From the NCBI GenBank assembly GCA_943787795.1, contig CALSNU010000002.1, positions 320,001 through 384,000 on the forward strand: 64,000 nt of DNA, in the 5' to 3' direction. The notes beneath the pieces were generated by a model that was not told the DNA's origin, did not search any database, and saw nothing but the letters and a program-made list of their open reading frames with translations. The translations under genes were made by a program, and so were the position numbers. This document shows positions 8,690-17,496 of this stretch, in pieces (the stretch's first letter is position 1; each line of letters begins with the position of its first letter). This stretch comes from an uncultured bacterium (GTDB taxonomy: Bacteria; Planctomycetota; UBA1135; GCA-002686595).

Positions 8690-11600
8690 TCAGTTCCGCT
8701 CGACCCACTGCTGGGCGATCGTCCGCAGGTCGATCTCGGCCCCGTCATCGGCGCCGAAGTACCGGCGTTCAATCTGGAGCACCGTCGCGTCCAGCTCCCG
8801 CTGCGTGGCGCTGTCCATGTGGTTCGCCCGGCGGACCTCGCCCAGGAGGGAGAGCACGGTCACGGGGGTGATCTCGTCCGGGAGGCTCGGACCGGCGGTC
8901 TCGGCGTCCTGGGCCCCATCCTCCCTGGGGCGCAGCAGCCAGGCCGCCGCGCCGCCCAGAGCGAGGAGCAGCAGCCAGGGCCACGCCGAGCGGCCTCCCT
9001 CGGCTCCATAGTCGCTGCCAAGCTGGACCACCATCTCGGCGGTCATCAGGTCGGCGTCGTCGTAGCGCTGGAAGACGGCCTGGGTGTCCGCCTCGAGGGG
9101 CGCCGCGAACTGGAACTCGATGGGCGTACCGGCACCCTCGCGAGCCTCCATCTCCACCACCCAGAGGCGCTCGGACACCACGGCCTCCTCGTCGTCGGCG
9201 AAGCGGACCACGGACACGCCCTGCCCCTCGGTCTTGGTGACCTCGAAGCCCTCGGGGGCGAGGTCGACGATCTGATCCAGCTCGGGCACGAGCCCGTTGG
9301 CCTGGGCCTTCACCTCGAGGGTGAGGACGCCCTCGTCCGCGCGGCGTTCGTCAAGGATCTGGGTGACCTGCAGGTTCTCGTGGGGCCGGGTCCCGCCGCC
9401 CGCCGAGGCGTCGATGGCGACCACCGGCGAGGTCACGGGGAGGACCACGTAGCCGGTCACGTCATTGAAGTCGAGGTCCAGCTTCAGGGGCGGGACCCGG
9501 TCCACCGCCGCGTCGCGGGCCGTGGCGAGCACGTAGGCGTAGGGGGTCCGCCGCCAGCCGTAGTCGTCATCGGCCTTCGAGGCGGCGTCCTCGCGGTTGA
9601 AGGTGACGGACACCACGTCGAACTGCTCGCCGAGGGTCGCGCGCACGGACTCCTCGAACTTGTCCCGGTAGTTCTCCTGGGGCCGGCCGTAGTTGTAGTA
9701 GCTGTTGACCGCGTTGGCCTGGTTCTGAAGGTACTTGGCGAAGCCGCCGCTCTCGCGGGCGATCTCCTTGGTGTACCGGATGTCGACCTTGATCCCGAAG
9801 GGCTCCGTGCCGACGTCAGCCGAGCCGTCCACCGCGGTCACCAGCTCGATCTCGGTCACGAGGTCGGCGTAGTAGTCGTAGACCCGGCGCGCGGCCTTGG
9901 CCTGCGGGTGATCACCAACGACCTCGAAGCCCGCCTCGAGGAAGCGGTTCTTGCAGGCGGGGTTCACGCTGCTCAGGCGCGTGAACAGGTTGTTCGCGAA
10001 CATCGCGAGGTGGGCCTCGGCGGCCTCGCCCCCGATATCCTCGAGCATGTCAGAGATGAGCGGGATCTCCTTGCGCACCAGGATCGTCTCCTGGTCCACG
10101 GCCGCGAGGTCGGTCGCGCCGAGGGCCGAGTTGAACCACAGATCGAAGACCTGGGTGGAGTACTCGGAGGGCTTCAGGTCAGGCACCGACTCGACGTAGT
10201 GCAGCGCGGCCTCCCCGAAGAGGTCCAGGGCAGCTCGGCGCCCGCCGGCGAAGTCAGAGCTCTTCTGGAGCTTGTTGCGGTAGTTGTTCAGGTCGTGCAT
10301 CAGCGACGCGCGGGCCGCCTCGAGCTGCCAGGCGCCCACGTGGGCCTCGATGGCCCCGTCCAGCATGGCCGACGCGAGCTCGTAGCCCCGCTGGACCTCG
10401 GCCTCGATGTCCTTCTGCTTGCGGTTGGTGCCCGCGTTCTTCTGGACCTCGGGGGAGCGCCAGATCGTGGCGAGGTTGGCCCGCATGGTCTGGGCCATGG
10501 AGGCGAGGGTCTCGGGGTCGAGGGTCTCGAGGTCGCCAAAGACCCTCTCCATCACCTCGACGCGGTAGATCTCGGCCGCGCTGTGGCTCTGGATGAAGGC
10601 GCGAACCAGGAGCTTAGAGTCCACCTCGACGCCCTCCACTGCGCGCAGCCGCGCCACCCACTCGGAGAGGTCCTCGAGGTTCCGCTCCTGCTTGCTCCGG
10701 GTCAGCGGGATGCCGCTCGCGCGCTGATTGAAGCCGTAGGAGTAGTTGTAGATGTTCGACCGATTGCGGCTCGCGTTCGGGTCGTTGTTCTGGATCCAGA
10801 CGTCCATGAACGAGCGGGCGAGCTCGTTGGCCTTCTTCGGGTTCGAGGCCGCCAGGTCACGGATGAACGGGAAGGCGAGCTTCTCCTCGCCGACCTTCAG
10901 GTAGAGCTCCGCGATGGTCTGATCCACCTTGGGCCGAAGGCTCTCCGGCAGCGCGTCGCGCCAGCCGCCGTCCGGGCGGACCGCGAGCAGGTCGTCCGGC
11001 TCGATGGGGTTCACCGGGCGGTTGTAGTTGTTGTAGCGGTAGCTGTTGTCCTCCCAGTAGATGTTGCCGAAGGCGTCCCGGCGGGTGATCGGGCCCATGG
11101 AGGACTGCTCGGAGTTCTCGTAGGAGTACGCCGCCTCACGGAGCCACGCGTCGGAGAGCAGGACCAGCGTGGGCCGCCACTCCCCCGCGCGCTCGGGGGC
11201 GACCTCGAGCAGAGCGTCCACCGACTCGCGCATGAGCTTCAGGTCCGCGAGGCGGTCCTGGGGACGCGTCGAGCGCTGCACCATCCCCTTGGAGGCCTCG
11301 GCGCCGATGGTGGCGAGCACCTCCATGCCGCGGTCCGGCCGGTCGGTGAACGTCTCCCGGATCCACTCGGAGCCCTTCTCCCCGCCCACGACGCCCGCGT
11401 ACTGAACGGCGCGCTTGAGGGCCTCCCCTTTCAGGTTGTCCTTCAGCTCCCCCGGCGCGAGAACGGCGAGGTTGGCCTCCCAGGCACTGGCGAGCACCTC
11501 AGGGTCGAGCTCCGCCTTGTAGAGGGCGATCCGGTAGCGCGCGATGAGGTTGAGGGCCTCACGGTTGTCGTTGGAGAGCGCGTCCGTGAAGGGCGGCAGG

Positions 11601-12802
11601 AAGGGCTTGAGGTGGATGTCCTGGCGTTGGGCGCTGAGGAGCCAGGCCGCGAACATCGGCTTGACCACCCGCTCCTCCGGCGCCCGCTGGACCTCCATCT
11701 GCAAGCGCGCGACCCAGTCGTCGATGCTGTGCCCCTGGGCGAAGACCCGGGCCACCAACGGCGCGAGCATCCTGGCGTCGGCCGCGGTGAAGCCGCCCGG
11801 CGCGATCCGCATCAGCTCGATGATGTCGTCGAACTCGAAGGCGCACTGCTCCTGGTACTGGTTGAAGCGACCGTTCACCGGCTGCGGGGGCCGCGCGATC
11901 TTCGGCAGCATCTGGGTGTAGATCTGGCGACCGCTCTTGCCCAGGGAATCCAGGGCCGCCTCCACATCCTCCCAACGACCGAGGGTCACGTCGCGCTGGA
12001 AGAGCTGCACGTCTCTTGTGAGCCGCTTGGTGGCGAGCGCCTTGCGCTCCTTCTCCACCCGAGACTTCTCCTTCTTGTAGGCCTTGTGGGCCTCGTTCGA
12101 CGCGTTGTAGGCGGCGAGGTCCGCGTCGTAAGCTGCCTGCAGCTCGGCGTCCGACGCTTCAGCCGCCTGATAGGCCGCGAGGGCCTCGGCGTGGTCCTCC
12201 GCGTCGTGGTCCTCTTCAGCCTCCTGCTTGGCCTTGGCGAGCGCCGCGAGGTCCGCCACGGACCCCACCGGAGCCACCAGCTCCGAGGGAGCCACGGGAC
12301 GCTCGAGGGCCTGCAGCTTGGGCGCCTTCGGCTTCTTCGGCTTGGGCGCCGGCTCCTCCGGCATGGGCGGGTCCTGGAGCTCGGGGTCCTCCGCCGAGGT
12401 CAGCGGAGCCGCCTTGGACCATTCGGCGAGGATCTTGGAGGGCGTGCGGTCGAGGATGGCCTGCTGGAACTTCTGGACGCGCTTGGGGTCGACGGGCTTC
12501 TCCTCCTTCGGGCTCACCTTGGCCCCTGGGCCTCCCGGTGCGGCTCCCAGCATCTCCGCGGGGGGCTCGGGGACCTCCACATCCTCCAGGACGACGACGC
12601 CGCCGGTGGACGAACCCATGGTCATCGCAGGCATCATCTGCACCGGCGCCGTGGTGACCATGATCGGCGCGGCGCCCGTGGAGCCGCTGACGATCACCTT
12701 GGAGGAGAGGCTGATGCCCTGGACCGCGCTCTGCTGGGCGAGAGAGAGCGGGGCGAGGGCGACCGATGCGGCGGCGAAGGCCGCGAGGGTGAGACGGGAC
12801 AT
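8690..12802 (-). CDS. Large secreted, C-terminally membrane-anchored protein of the MoxR-vWA operon (BatD-like position)
   Basis: About 1370 aa. Signal peptide MSRLTLAAFAAASVALAPLSLA, Pro/Lys/Ala-rich linker, helical core, beta-rich C-terminal region and TM segment WPWLLLLALGGAAAWLL. Last gene of the operon. Confidence 0.75.
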   Translation of the reverse strand: MSRLTLAAFAAASVALAPLSLAQQSAVQGISLSSKVIVSGSTGAAPIMVTTAPVQMMPAMTMGSSTGGVVVLEDVEVPEPPAEMLGAAPGGPGAKVSPKEEKPVDPKRVQKFQQAILDRTPSKILAEWSKAAPLTSAEDPELQDPPMPEEPAPKPKKPKAPKLQALERPVAPSELVAPVGSVADLAALAKAKQEAEEDHDAEDHAEALAAYQAAEASDAELQAAYDADLAAYNASNEAHKAYKKEKSRVEKERKALATKRLTRDVQLFQRDVTLGRWEDVEAALDSLGKSGRQIYTQMLPKIARPPQPVNGRFNQYQEQCAFEFDDIIELMRIAPGGFTAADARMLAPLVARVFAQGHSIDDWVARLQMEVQRAPEERVVKPMFAAWLLSAQRQDIHLKPFLPPFTDALSNDNREALNLIARYRIALYKAELDPEVLASAWEANLAVLAPGELKDNLKGEALKRAVQYAGVVGGEKGSEWIRETFTDRPDRGMEVLATIGAEASKGMVQRSTRPQDRLADLKLMRESVDALLEVAPERAGEWRPTLVLLSDAWLREAAYSYENSEQSSMGPITRRDAFGNIYWEDNSYRYNNYNRPVNPIEPDDLLAVRPDGGWRDALPESLRPKVDQTIAELYLKVGEEKLAFPFIRDLAASNPKKANELARSFMDVWIQNNDPNASRNRSNIYNYSYGFNQRASGIPLTRSKQERNLEDLSEWVARLRAVEGVEVDSKLLVRAFIQSHSAAEIYRVEVMERVFGDLETLDPETLASMAQTMRANLATIWRSPEVQKNAGTNRKQKDIEAEVQRGYELASAMLDGAIEAHVGAWQLEAARASLMHDLNNYRNKLQKSSDFAGGRRAALDLFGEAALHYVESVPDLKPSEYSTQVFDLWFNSALGATDLAAVDQETILVRKEIPLISDMLEDIGGEAAEAHLAMFANNLFTRLSSVNPACKNRFLEAGFEVVGDHPQAKAARRVYDYYADLVTEIELVTAVDGSADVGTEPFGIKVDIRYTKEIARESGGFAKYLQNQANAVNSYYNYGRPQENYRDKFEESVRATLGEQFDVVSVTFNREDAASKADDDYGWRRTPYAYVLATARDAAVDRVPPLKLDLDFNDVTGYVVLPVTSPVVAIDASAGGGTRPHENLQVTQILDERRADEGVLTLEVKAQANGLVPELDQIVDLAPEGFEVTKTEGQGVSVVRFADDEEAVVSERLWVVEMEAREGAGTPIEFQFAAPLEADTQAVFQRYDDADLMTAEMVVQLGSDYGAEGGRSAWPWLLLLALGGAAAWLLRPREDGAQDAETAGPSLPDEITPVTVLSLLGEVRRANHMDSATQRELDATVLQIERRYFGADDGAEIDLRTIAQQWVERN

Positions 12803-12928
12803 GGCGATCGGGAGGGTCACGGGCAGGTACATCAGGTTCGAACAACGGCGCCCATGGCGCGTGGTTTGGCGAGAGAGGCGGGACACGCCCCCCCCGCGCC
12901 CCCCCGGCGGAGGGGCATCTCCTCAAAC

Positions 12929-12966
12929 ACGGGGCCTGCCCGGCGTCACCGCCGGGCAGGCCCCGT
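12929..12966 (-). terminator. Hairpin (17-bp arms) with a short T-rich tail on the minus strand
   Basis: ACGGGGCCTGCCCGGCG-GTGA-CGCCGGGCAGGCCCCGT then GTTT, 13 nt after the TGA at 12980-12982. Confidence 0.65.
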
Positions 12967-12979
12967 CGAGCTCGTCGGC

Positions 12980-13711
12980 TCAGGACCCTGAACCGTCGGG
13001 CGGCGGACCACCGCTCGCGCCACGGGAATCAGAGGGCTTCTTTCCAGACTTGGGCTTGCCCCGACCGGGGCGCTTTCCGGAACCGTTTCAGGTCCCGTTG
13101 CCGCTTCATTGGTTGGGCAGGGGCAGGCCCTGCAGCTCCTCCAGGTCGAGCCTGGCGAGCTTGATGGAGGACTCGAGGTCCTCCATGTGGGTTCGAGCCG
13201 CTTGCTCGTCGCCGCGCGCCTCGGCGCGCTCGGCGAGCAGCCGGTAGCTCTGACGGGCGACCTCGGCCTCGGGCTCCCACTCCTCGCGGGAGTAGCCCTC
13301 CAGGCGCATCAGCCAGGTGTAGTAGTACTGGGCGTTGGCGAGCCCCTCGCGGGCCTCGTCCAGCATCGCGCCCTCGGAGGCCTCGAGCGGAGACAGCTCG
13401 TCGACGAGCCCCGAGAGCTCGGAGCGCGCCGCGATGAGATCGGAGGAGGCCAGCTTGGCCTTGGCCGCGCTCAGGCGAATGCGCCGCGCGCTCCGCTCGA
13501 GCGCCGGGGTGTCGAGGCCCGGCAGGCTCTTGAGCGCCGCGTCGTAGTGCTCCACCGCGAGCGCCCAGTCCTTGGCTTCGGCGGCCTCGCGCGCGGCCGA
13601 GAGTTCGGCGTCCACGAGGTCGAGCTGGACGCCGTCCTGGCCCGGGCCTTCGTGGTAAGCCCACGCTCCCACAGGGAGCAGGAGCCAGCCGGCGATCATG
13701 AATCGTCTCAT
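12980..13711 (-). CDS. Exported TPR-like (BatC-like) protein; putative selenoprotein with two in-frame UGA (U202, U208), 243 aa. Conventional call ends at 13106 (201 aa).
   Basis: N-terminal export signal and helical body. The frame continues LPLPNQ-UGA-SGNGT-UGA-NGSGKRPGRGKPKSGKKPSDSRGASGGPPPDGSGS-stop. SECIS-like hairpins follow both UGAs, and the terminator lies only after the third stop. Confidence 0.65.
13042..13097 (-). promoter_or_regulatory. Two overlapping bacterial SECIS-like hairpins
   Basis: Hairpin 1 (13078-13097) is CGGGACC-UGAAAC-GGUUCCG. Hairpin 2 (13042-13082) has lower stem UUCCGGA/UCUGGAA and upper stem GCCCC-GGUC-GGGGC. Confidence 0.55.
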
Positions 13712-13803
13712 CGTGTCGTTCCTCGTGAGGTGCTCCGAACGGAGCAGGAGGGGGTTCTGTTGGAGTCTATCGGCAGATCCGGAGTCGGTGACCCAATCGA
13801 CCG

Positions 13804-14805
13804 TCAAGAGCGGGTGAGTTCGCCCGGGGCGCCTCGCCAGGAGGTTCTACGGTGGGCCCAGGGGCTCCCGAGGGCCCGCAGCAGCGGCGGCAGCAGCGCG
13901 AGGAGCAGGGCGCCGAGCACCAGCGCCAGGAGGGCGTACTCGCGACGACCGAGCTTGAGCGCCGCCTCCCGGTCCGCCCCCGCGGTCACGGTCCGGAGCA
14001 CCTCGCTGGCCACCTGGCGCTTGTTCCCGTCGTGGTACTGGCCGCCCAATCGGAGCGCCATCTGACGCAGGGCGGACACATCCTGACGGGAGTTCCGCCC
14101 GTTGATGAAGCTGCCCTTCGTGGGGTCGCCGATCCCGACCACGAGGACGCCCCCGATGGCGGGCGGCATCTTCGGCATGCCGGTGGGCGGGAGGGTGTCG
14201 CCGTCGCTGGCCACGATGAGGGTGGTGCTCCCCGGCTCCCAGGGAGCCGCGATGCGCGCCGCCTCCTCGAGCCCGTCGAACAGGCGCGTCTCGCCGGACT
14301 TGAAGGCGAAGTGCATGGGGAGGTCGCTCAGCACATTGCGCACGACCTCGGAGTCCGAGGTGTCCACCACCACCGGCATGGCGCCGGTGTAGGTGGCGAT
14401 GATCGAGATCTTGTACTGCCCGATGGCGACCCGCCCGAAGATCGAGTCCAGCACGTCCCGGGCGCGACCGGTGCGGCTCTGGGCCGCGTCGGGCCCGGCG
14501 TCCTCGAGGCGCATGGAGGGTGAGACGTCGAGGACCAGCACCAGGTGCTTCCACTCGTCCGGCCCCTTGTCCACCAGCCGGTGGGCCTTGGGCTTCACGT
14601 CCAGCAGCAGGCTCGAGAGTCCGAAGGCCAGCGCCGCCGCACCCGCGGCCCGGAGCAGCGGCACCACCTGGACCCAGGCGGCCGCGCGGCCTCCGGGCCC
14701 GAACGCGAGGTGACGCACGCGGCGGATCCGGCGCAGGTGCAGGAGCTCTCCGCCCAATACGAGGGCGAAGGCCGCCGCCGTGAGGATCATGGTCCAGTCG
14801 CTCAT
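13804..14805 (-). CDS. vWA domain membrane protein (BatB-like)
   Basis: MIDAS VLDVSPSM, VASDGD, VVGIGDP, and N- and C-terminal TM segments. Confidence 0.85.
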   Translation of the reverse strand: MSDWTMILTAAAFALVLGGELLHLRRIRRVRHLAFGPGGRAAAWVQVVPLLRAAGAAALAFGLSSLLLDVKPKAHRLVDKGPDEWKHLVLVLDVSPSMRLEDAGPDAAQSRTGRARDVLDSIFGRVAIGQYKISIIATYTGAMPVVVDTSDSEVVRNVLSDLPMHFAFKSGETRLFDGLEEAARIAAPWEPGSTTLIVASDGDTLPPTGMPKMPPAIGGVLVVGIGDPTKGSFINGRNSRQDVSALRQMALRLGGQYHDGNKRQVASEVLRTVTAGADREAALKLGRREYALLALVLGALLLALLPPLLRALGSPWAHRRTSWRGAPGELTRS

Positions 14806-14812
14806 CGCAGGA

Positions 14813-15751
14813 TCACCACGGCGTGGCCCTCAAGAACAGCTGGAGCAGGGCGTGGGCGGCGAGGGCGATCAGCCCGATCCAGCACCACAGCCCGAAGTCG
14901 TCGAGCTGCTCACCGGCGACCTTCTCGAGCTCGGCCACCTGCATCTGATCGATGCGCTTGAACACCGTCTCGAGCGCCACGGGGTCGCCGGCGGCGAACA
15001 TCTCCCCCCCGGTCAGGGAGGCGATGTTGAGCACCTCGCCGGGCACGTTGCCGTCCGCCACGTGGACCCCGTAGACCGTCACGCCGCTCTTCTTCAGCCG
15101 ATCCGCGATCACCTCATCTTGGCCGCCGGAGAGGTCCGACGAGAACCCGTCGGAGATCAGGATGATCATCCGATCTCCCTCCTCGCGGCTCGCCAGCACG
15201 TCGCGGCAGGCGTTCAGCGCCTTGCCGATGGACGTCCCCCCGAACCAGGGCGGCAGGGCGCCCCGCTTGGGGTCCATGAAGGGCGGCGCACAGCGGAAGG
15301 CGCTGGTGTCGTTGGTGAGCGGGCACCAGTGCAGGACGTTGTTCCCGAAGAAGGTCAGCCCGAAGGCGTCGCCGTCCCGGAAGTCCAGGAACTCGTTGAT
15401 GGCCTCCATCGCGGCGTCGTAGCGGGTCCCCTCCCCGAACGAGGCGGTCATGGAACCGGACACGTCCACGCAGAACTGAATGTTGGTGAGCTTGCGCTTG
15501 GTGGAGGGCGCGCCGATCTTCTGGGGGCCAGCGAGGAGCACCACGGCCACCGCGAGCAGCAACGGCGACACGGACTCCGCGAGCCGCAGCAGGACCGAGA
15601 GCCCGAGCCCACGCGACCGCCGGTCGGCCCGGGCGGTGCCGTCAAAGGGCAATGCCAGGCGTCCCCCCTTGCCGGACCAGACGAGGGTCAGCAGCAGCAG
15701 CGGAATCGCCAGCAGGGCGAGGGCCCAGGGGTGACCGAAGCTCAGGCTCAT
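14813..15751 (-). CDS. vWA domain membrane protein (BatA-like)
   Basis: N-terminal FGHPWALALLAIP (BatA-type), MIDAS CVDVSGSM, GTSIGKAL and ILISDG. Confidence 0.88.
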   Translation of the reverse strand: MSLSFGHPWALALLAIPLLLLTLVWSGKGGRLALPFDGTARADRRSRGLGLSVLLRLAESVSPLLLAVAVVLLAGPQKIGAPSTKRKLTNIQFCVDVSGSMTASFGEGTRYDAAMEAINEFLDFRDGDAFGLTFFGNNVLHWCPLTNDTSAFRCAPPFMDPKRGALPPWFGGTSIGKALNACRDVLASREEGDRMIILISDGFSSDLSGGQDEVIADRLKKSGVTVYGVHVADGNVPGEVLNIASLTGGEMFAAGDPVALETVFKRIDQMQVAELEKVAGEQLDDFGLWCWIGLIALAAHALLQLFLRATPW

Positions 15752-16605
15752 CCCCGGTCTCCCCCGGGATCAGGCGTCCCGCGATAGGGGGCGAGGAGCG
15801 CCTCGAGGTCCACGGCGTCCCCCTCTGAGCCCGGGCGGTGGAGCCAGCGTTCGAGCTGGAGGAAGAGCGGTCCGGCCTCCTCGTCTGCGCGGAGCAAGGC
15901 CACCGCCTCGGCGACCGGGGTGGCGCTCAGGTTTCGACGGTCGCGCCAGTGGGCCAGCAGGAGCCGCTCCAGCTCCGCCTGCTGGGCGGTGTCGAGGTCG
16001 CCCGATCGCGCGCGCTCCACCAGGGGCGCGAGTCGATCGGCGAGGGTCAACGGCGCCTCGGGTCCGGCGCTATTGGCCGCGTCCTGGCGTCGGCGCCCGA
16101 CGGTCATGAGCGCCACCAGGCCCGCGGCCCAGAGGATCCCCAGGACGGTCATGCCTGTGCCGTAGCCCCCCACCCCATCCGGCGCGGGGACCTCGAGCTC
16201 GTTGGGCTCGACCACGTCCACCGGCAGCAGGGCCTCGACCTCGATCTTCAGGGTCGGCGGATCCCAAGTGGCGCCCGCCTCGGCGGGCTCCAGCAGGCTC
16301 GCGAGGTTCAGGGTCCCCTCCACCAGGGGGGTCACCTCGAGGTTGTAGCGCCACCCCGAGCCGTGGGGGAAGACGTTGAGCACCCGCACGATGGCGTCCG
16401 CGCGCCCAGGATCCGCCACCGGCTTGGCCCGGAGCCGTGGCCCGGCAATCGGCTGCTCCTCGATCCGCACCCGCATGCCCACGGAGGTGCGGGCGACGGG
16501 TTCAGACTGGGGGGCGCGCGGGGCCGAGGCCCCCAGCGGCGGGGCGCTGGCCGCGAGCGGCGGGGCCAGCAGCGCACCGAGCAGGAAGGTGGTGGCGAAC
16601 ATCAT
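15748..16605 (-). CDS. Hypothetical membrane protein of the MoxR-vWA operon
   Basis: Signal peptide and one internal TM segment (VLGILWAAGLVALM). ATGA overlaps with both neighbours. Confidence 0.75.
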   Translation of the reverse strand: MMFATTFLLGALLAPPLAASAPPLGASAPRAPQSEPVARTSVGMRVRIEEQPIAGPRLRAKPVADPGRADAIVRVLNVFPHGSGWRYNLEVTPLVEGTLNLASLLEPAEAGATWDPPTLKIEVEALLPVDVVEPNELEVPAPDGVGGYGTGMTVLGILWAAGLVALMTVGRRRQDAANSAGPEAPLTLADRLAPLVERARSGDLDTAQQAELERLLLAHWRDRRNLSATPVAEAVALLRADEEAGPLFLQLERWLHRPGSEGDAVDLEALLAPYRGTPDPGGDRG

Positions 16606-17492
16606 CGTCCTCCCGCGAGTACGGCGCGGTCCTTGAGGAACAGCCTGAGGGACTGGGCGTAAGGTTGATCGGTGCGGATCAGAAGGTGGTCGATCCCGCC
16701 CCTGCGGAGCTCCTGGCGGGCGGCCTCGGGATCGAAGCGCTGGCGGCGGCCGTGGGTCACGAACTCCGCCCCGCTCTCGGCCTCCTCCGCGCGCAGGAAG
16801 CCCGCGCCGCGCAGCTCGACCTCCGCGGGGTCCTGGAGCTGGAGCACGACGACGTCGTGCACCTGCGCCATGAGCTTCAGGGCGTCCATGGCCTCCGGCT
16901 CGTGCAGGTCACTCAACACGAACACGAGCGCCCGATTGCTGAGCCGGGCGTTGAGCTCCGTGACCCGCCGGGCGAGCGTCGTCCGCTCACCCTCGCTGTA
17001 CGTCCGGAGCTTCACGAGCCACTGCATGACCTCGTCCTTGGCGAGGCTCGGCTGGACCCGCAGGTCGCGCTCGCCGGTCCCCAGGAGCCCTACCGGGCTC
17101 ACCCGATCCAGGCAGGCGAAGGCCAGCCCGCCCGCGATCTGCGCCGCGACCTCATACTTGCTGAGGCGCGTCGAAGAGAGGGTCATGGACCCCGAGGTGT
17201 CGAACAGGATCCACGCCGGCATCCGCTTGGGGGCCTCGTATTCCTTGATGTGCACCTCACCCGTGCGCGCCGTCACGCGCCAGTCAATCGCCCGCACGGG
17301 GTCGCCCGGGACATACGGGCGAGACTGCACGTACTCGAGGCCCGAGCCCAGGAACCGCGAGCGGTCCGTGCCGTGGCTGAGAGTGTCCGCCAGGCGCCGA
17401 ATGGCGACCTGGTAGCGCCGCGTGTCGAGCGGATCAACCGCGGGCAGCGTGTGCTCCGGCGCGGCGCGCCGGGGGGCTCCGGTACGCTCCAT
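16602..17492 (-). CDS. DUF58 domain protein
   Basis: GSGLEYVQSRPYVPGDPVRAIDWRVTAR, FDTSGSM and VLSDL. Confidence 0.92.
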   Translation of the reverse strand: MERTGAPRRAAPEHTLPAVDPLDTRRYQVAIRRLADTLSHGTDRSRFLGSGLEYVQSRPYVPGDPVRAIDWRVTARTGEVHIKEYEAPKRMPAWILFDTSGSMTLSSTRLSKYEVAAQIAGGLAFACLDRVSPVGLLGTGERDLRVQPSLAKDEVMQWLVKLRTYSEGERTTLARRVTELNARLSNRALVFVLSDLHEPEAMDALKLMAQVHDVVVLQLQDPAEVELRGAGFLRAEEAESGAEFVTHGRRQRFDPEAARQELRRGGIDHLLIRTDQPYAQSLRLFLKDRAVLAGGR

Positions 17493-17496
17493 GGCC

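Noticed and set aside
8819..12991. 1390-aa plus-strand ORF and many other long overlapping ORFs
   Set aside because: Antisense or alternate-frame shadows of real genes, typical of high-GC DNA, with no recognisable motifs.
13029..13664. Alternate-frame ORF spanning the two UGAs (frameshift explanation for the tail)
   Set aside because: Arg/Gly-rich shadow translation. The in-frame read-through with hairpins and a downstream terminator explains the region better.
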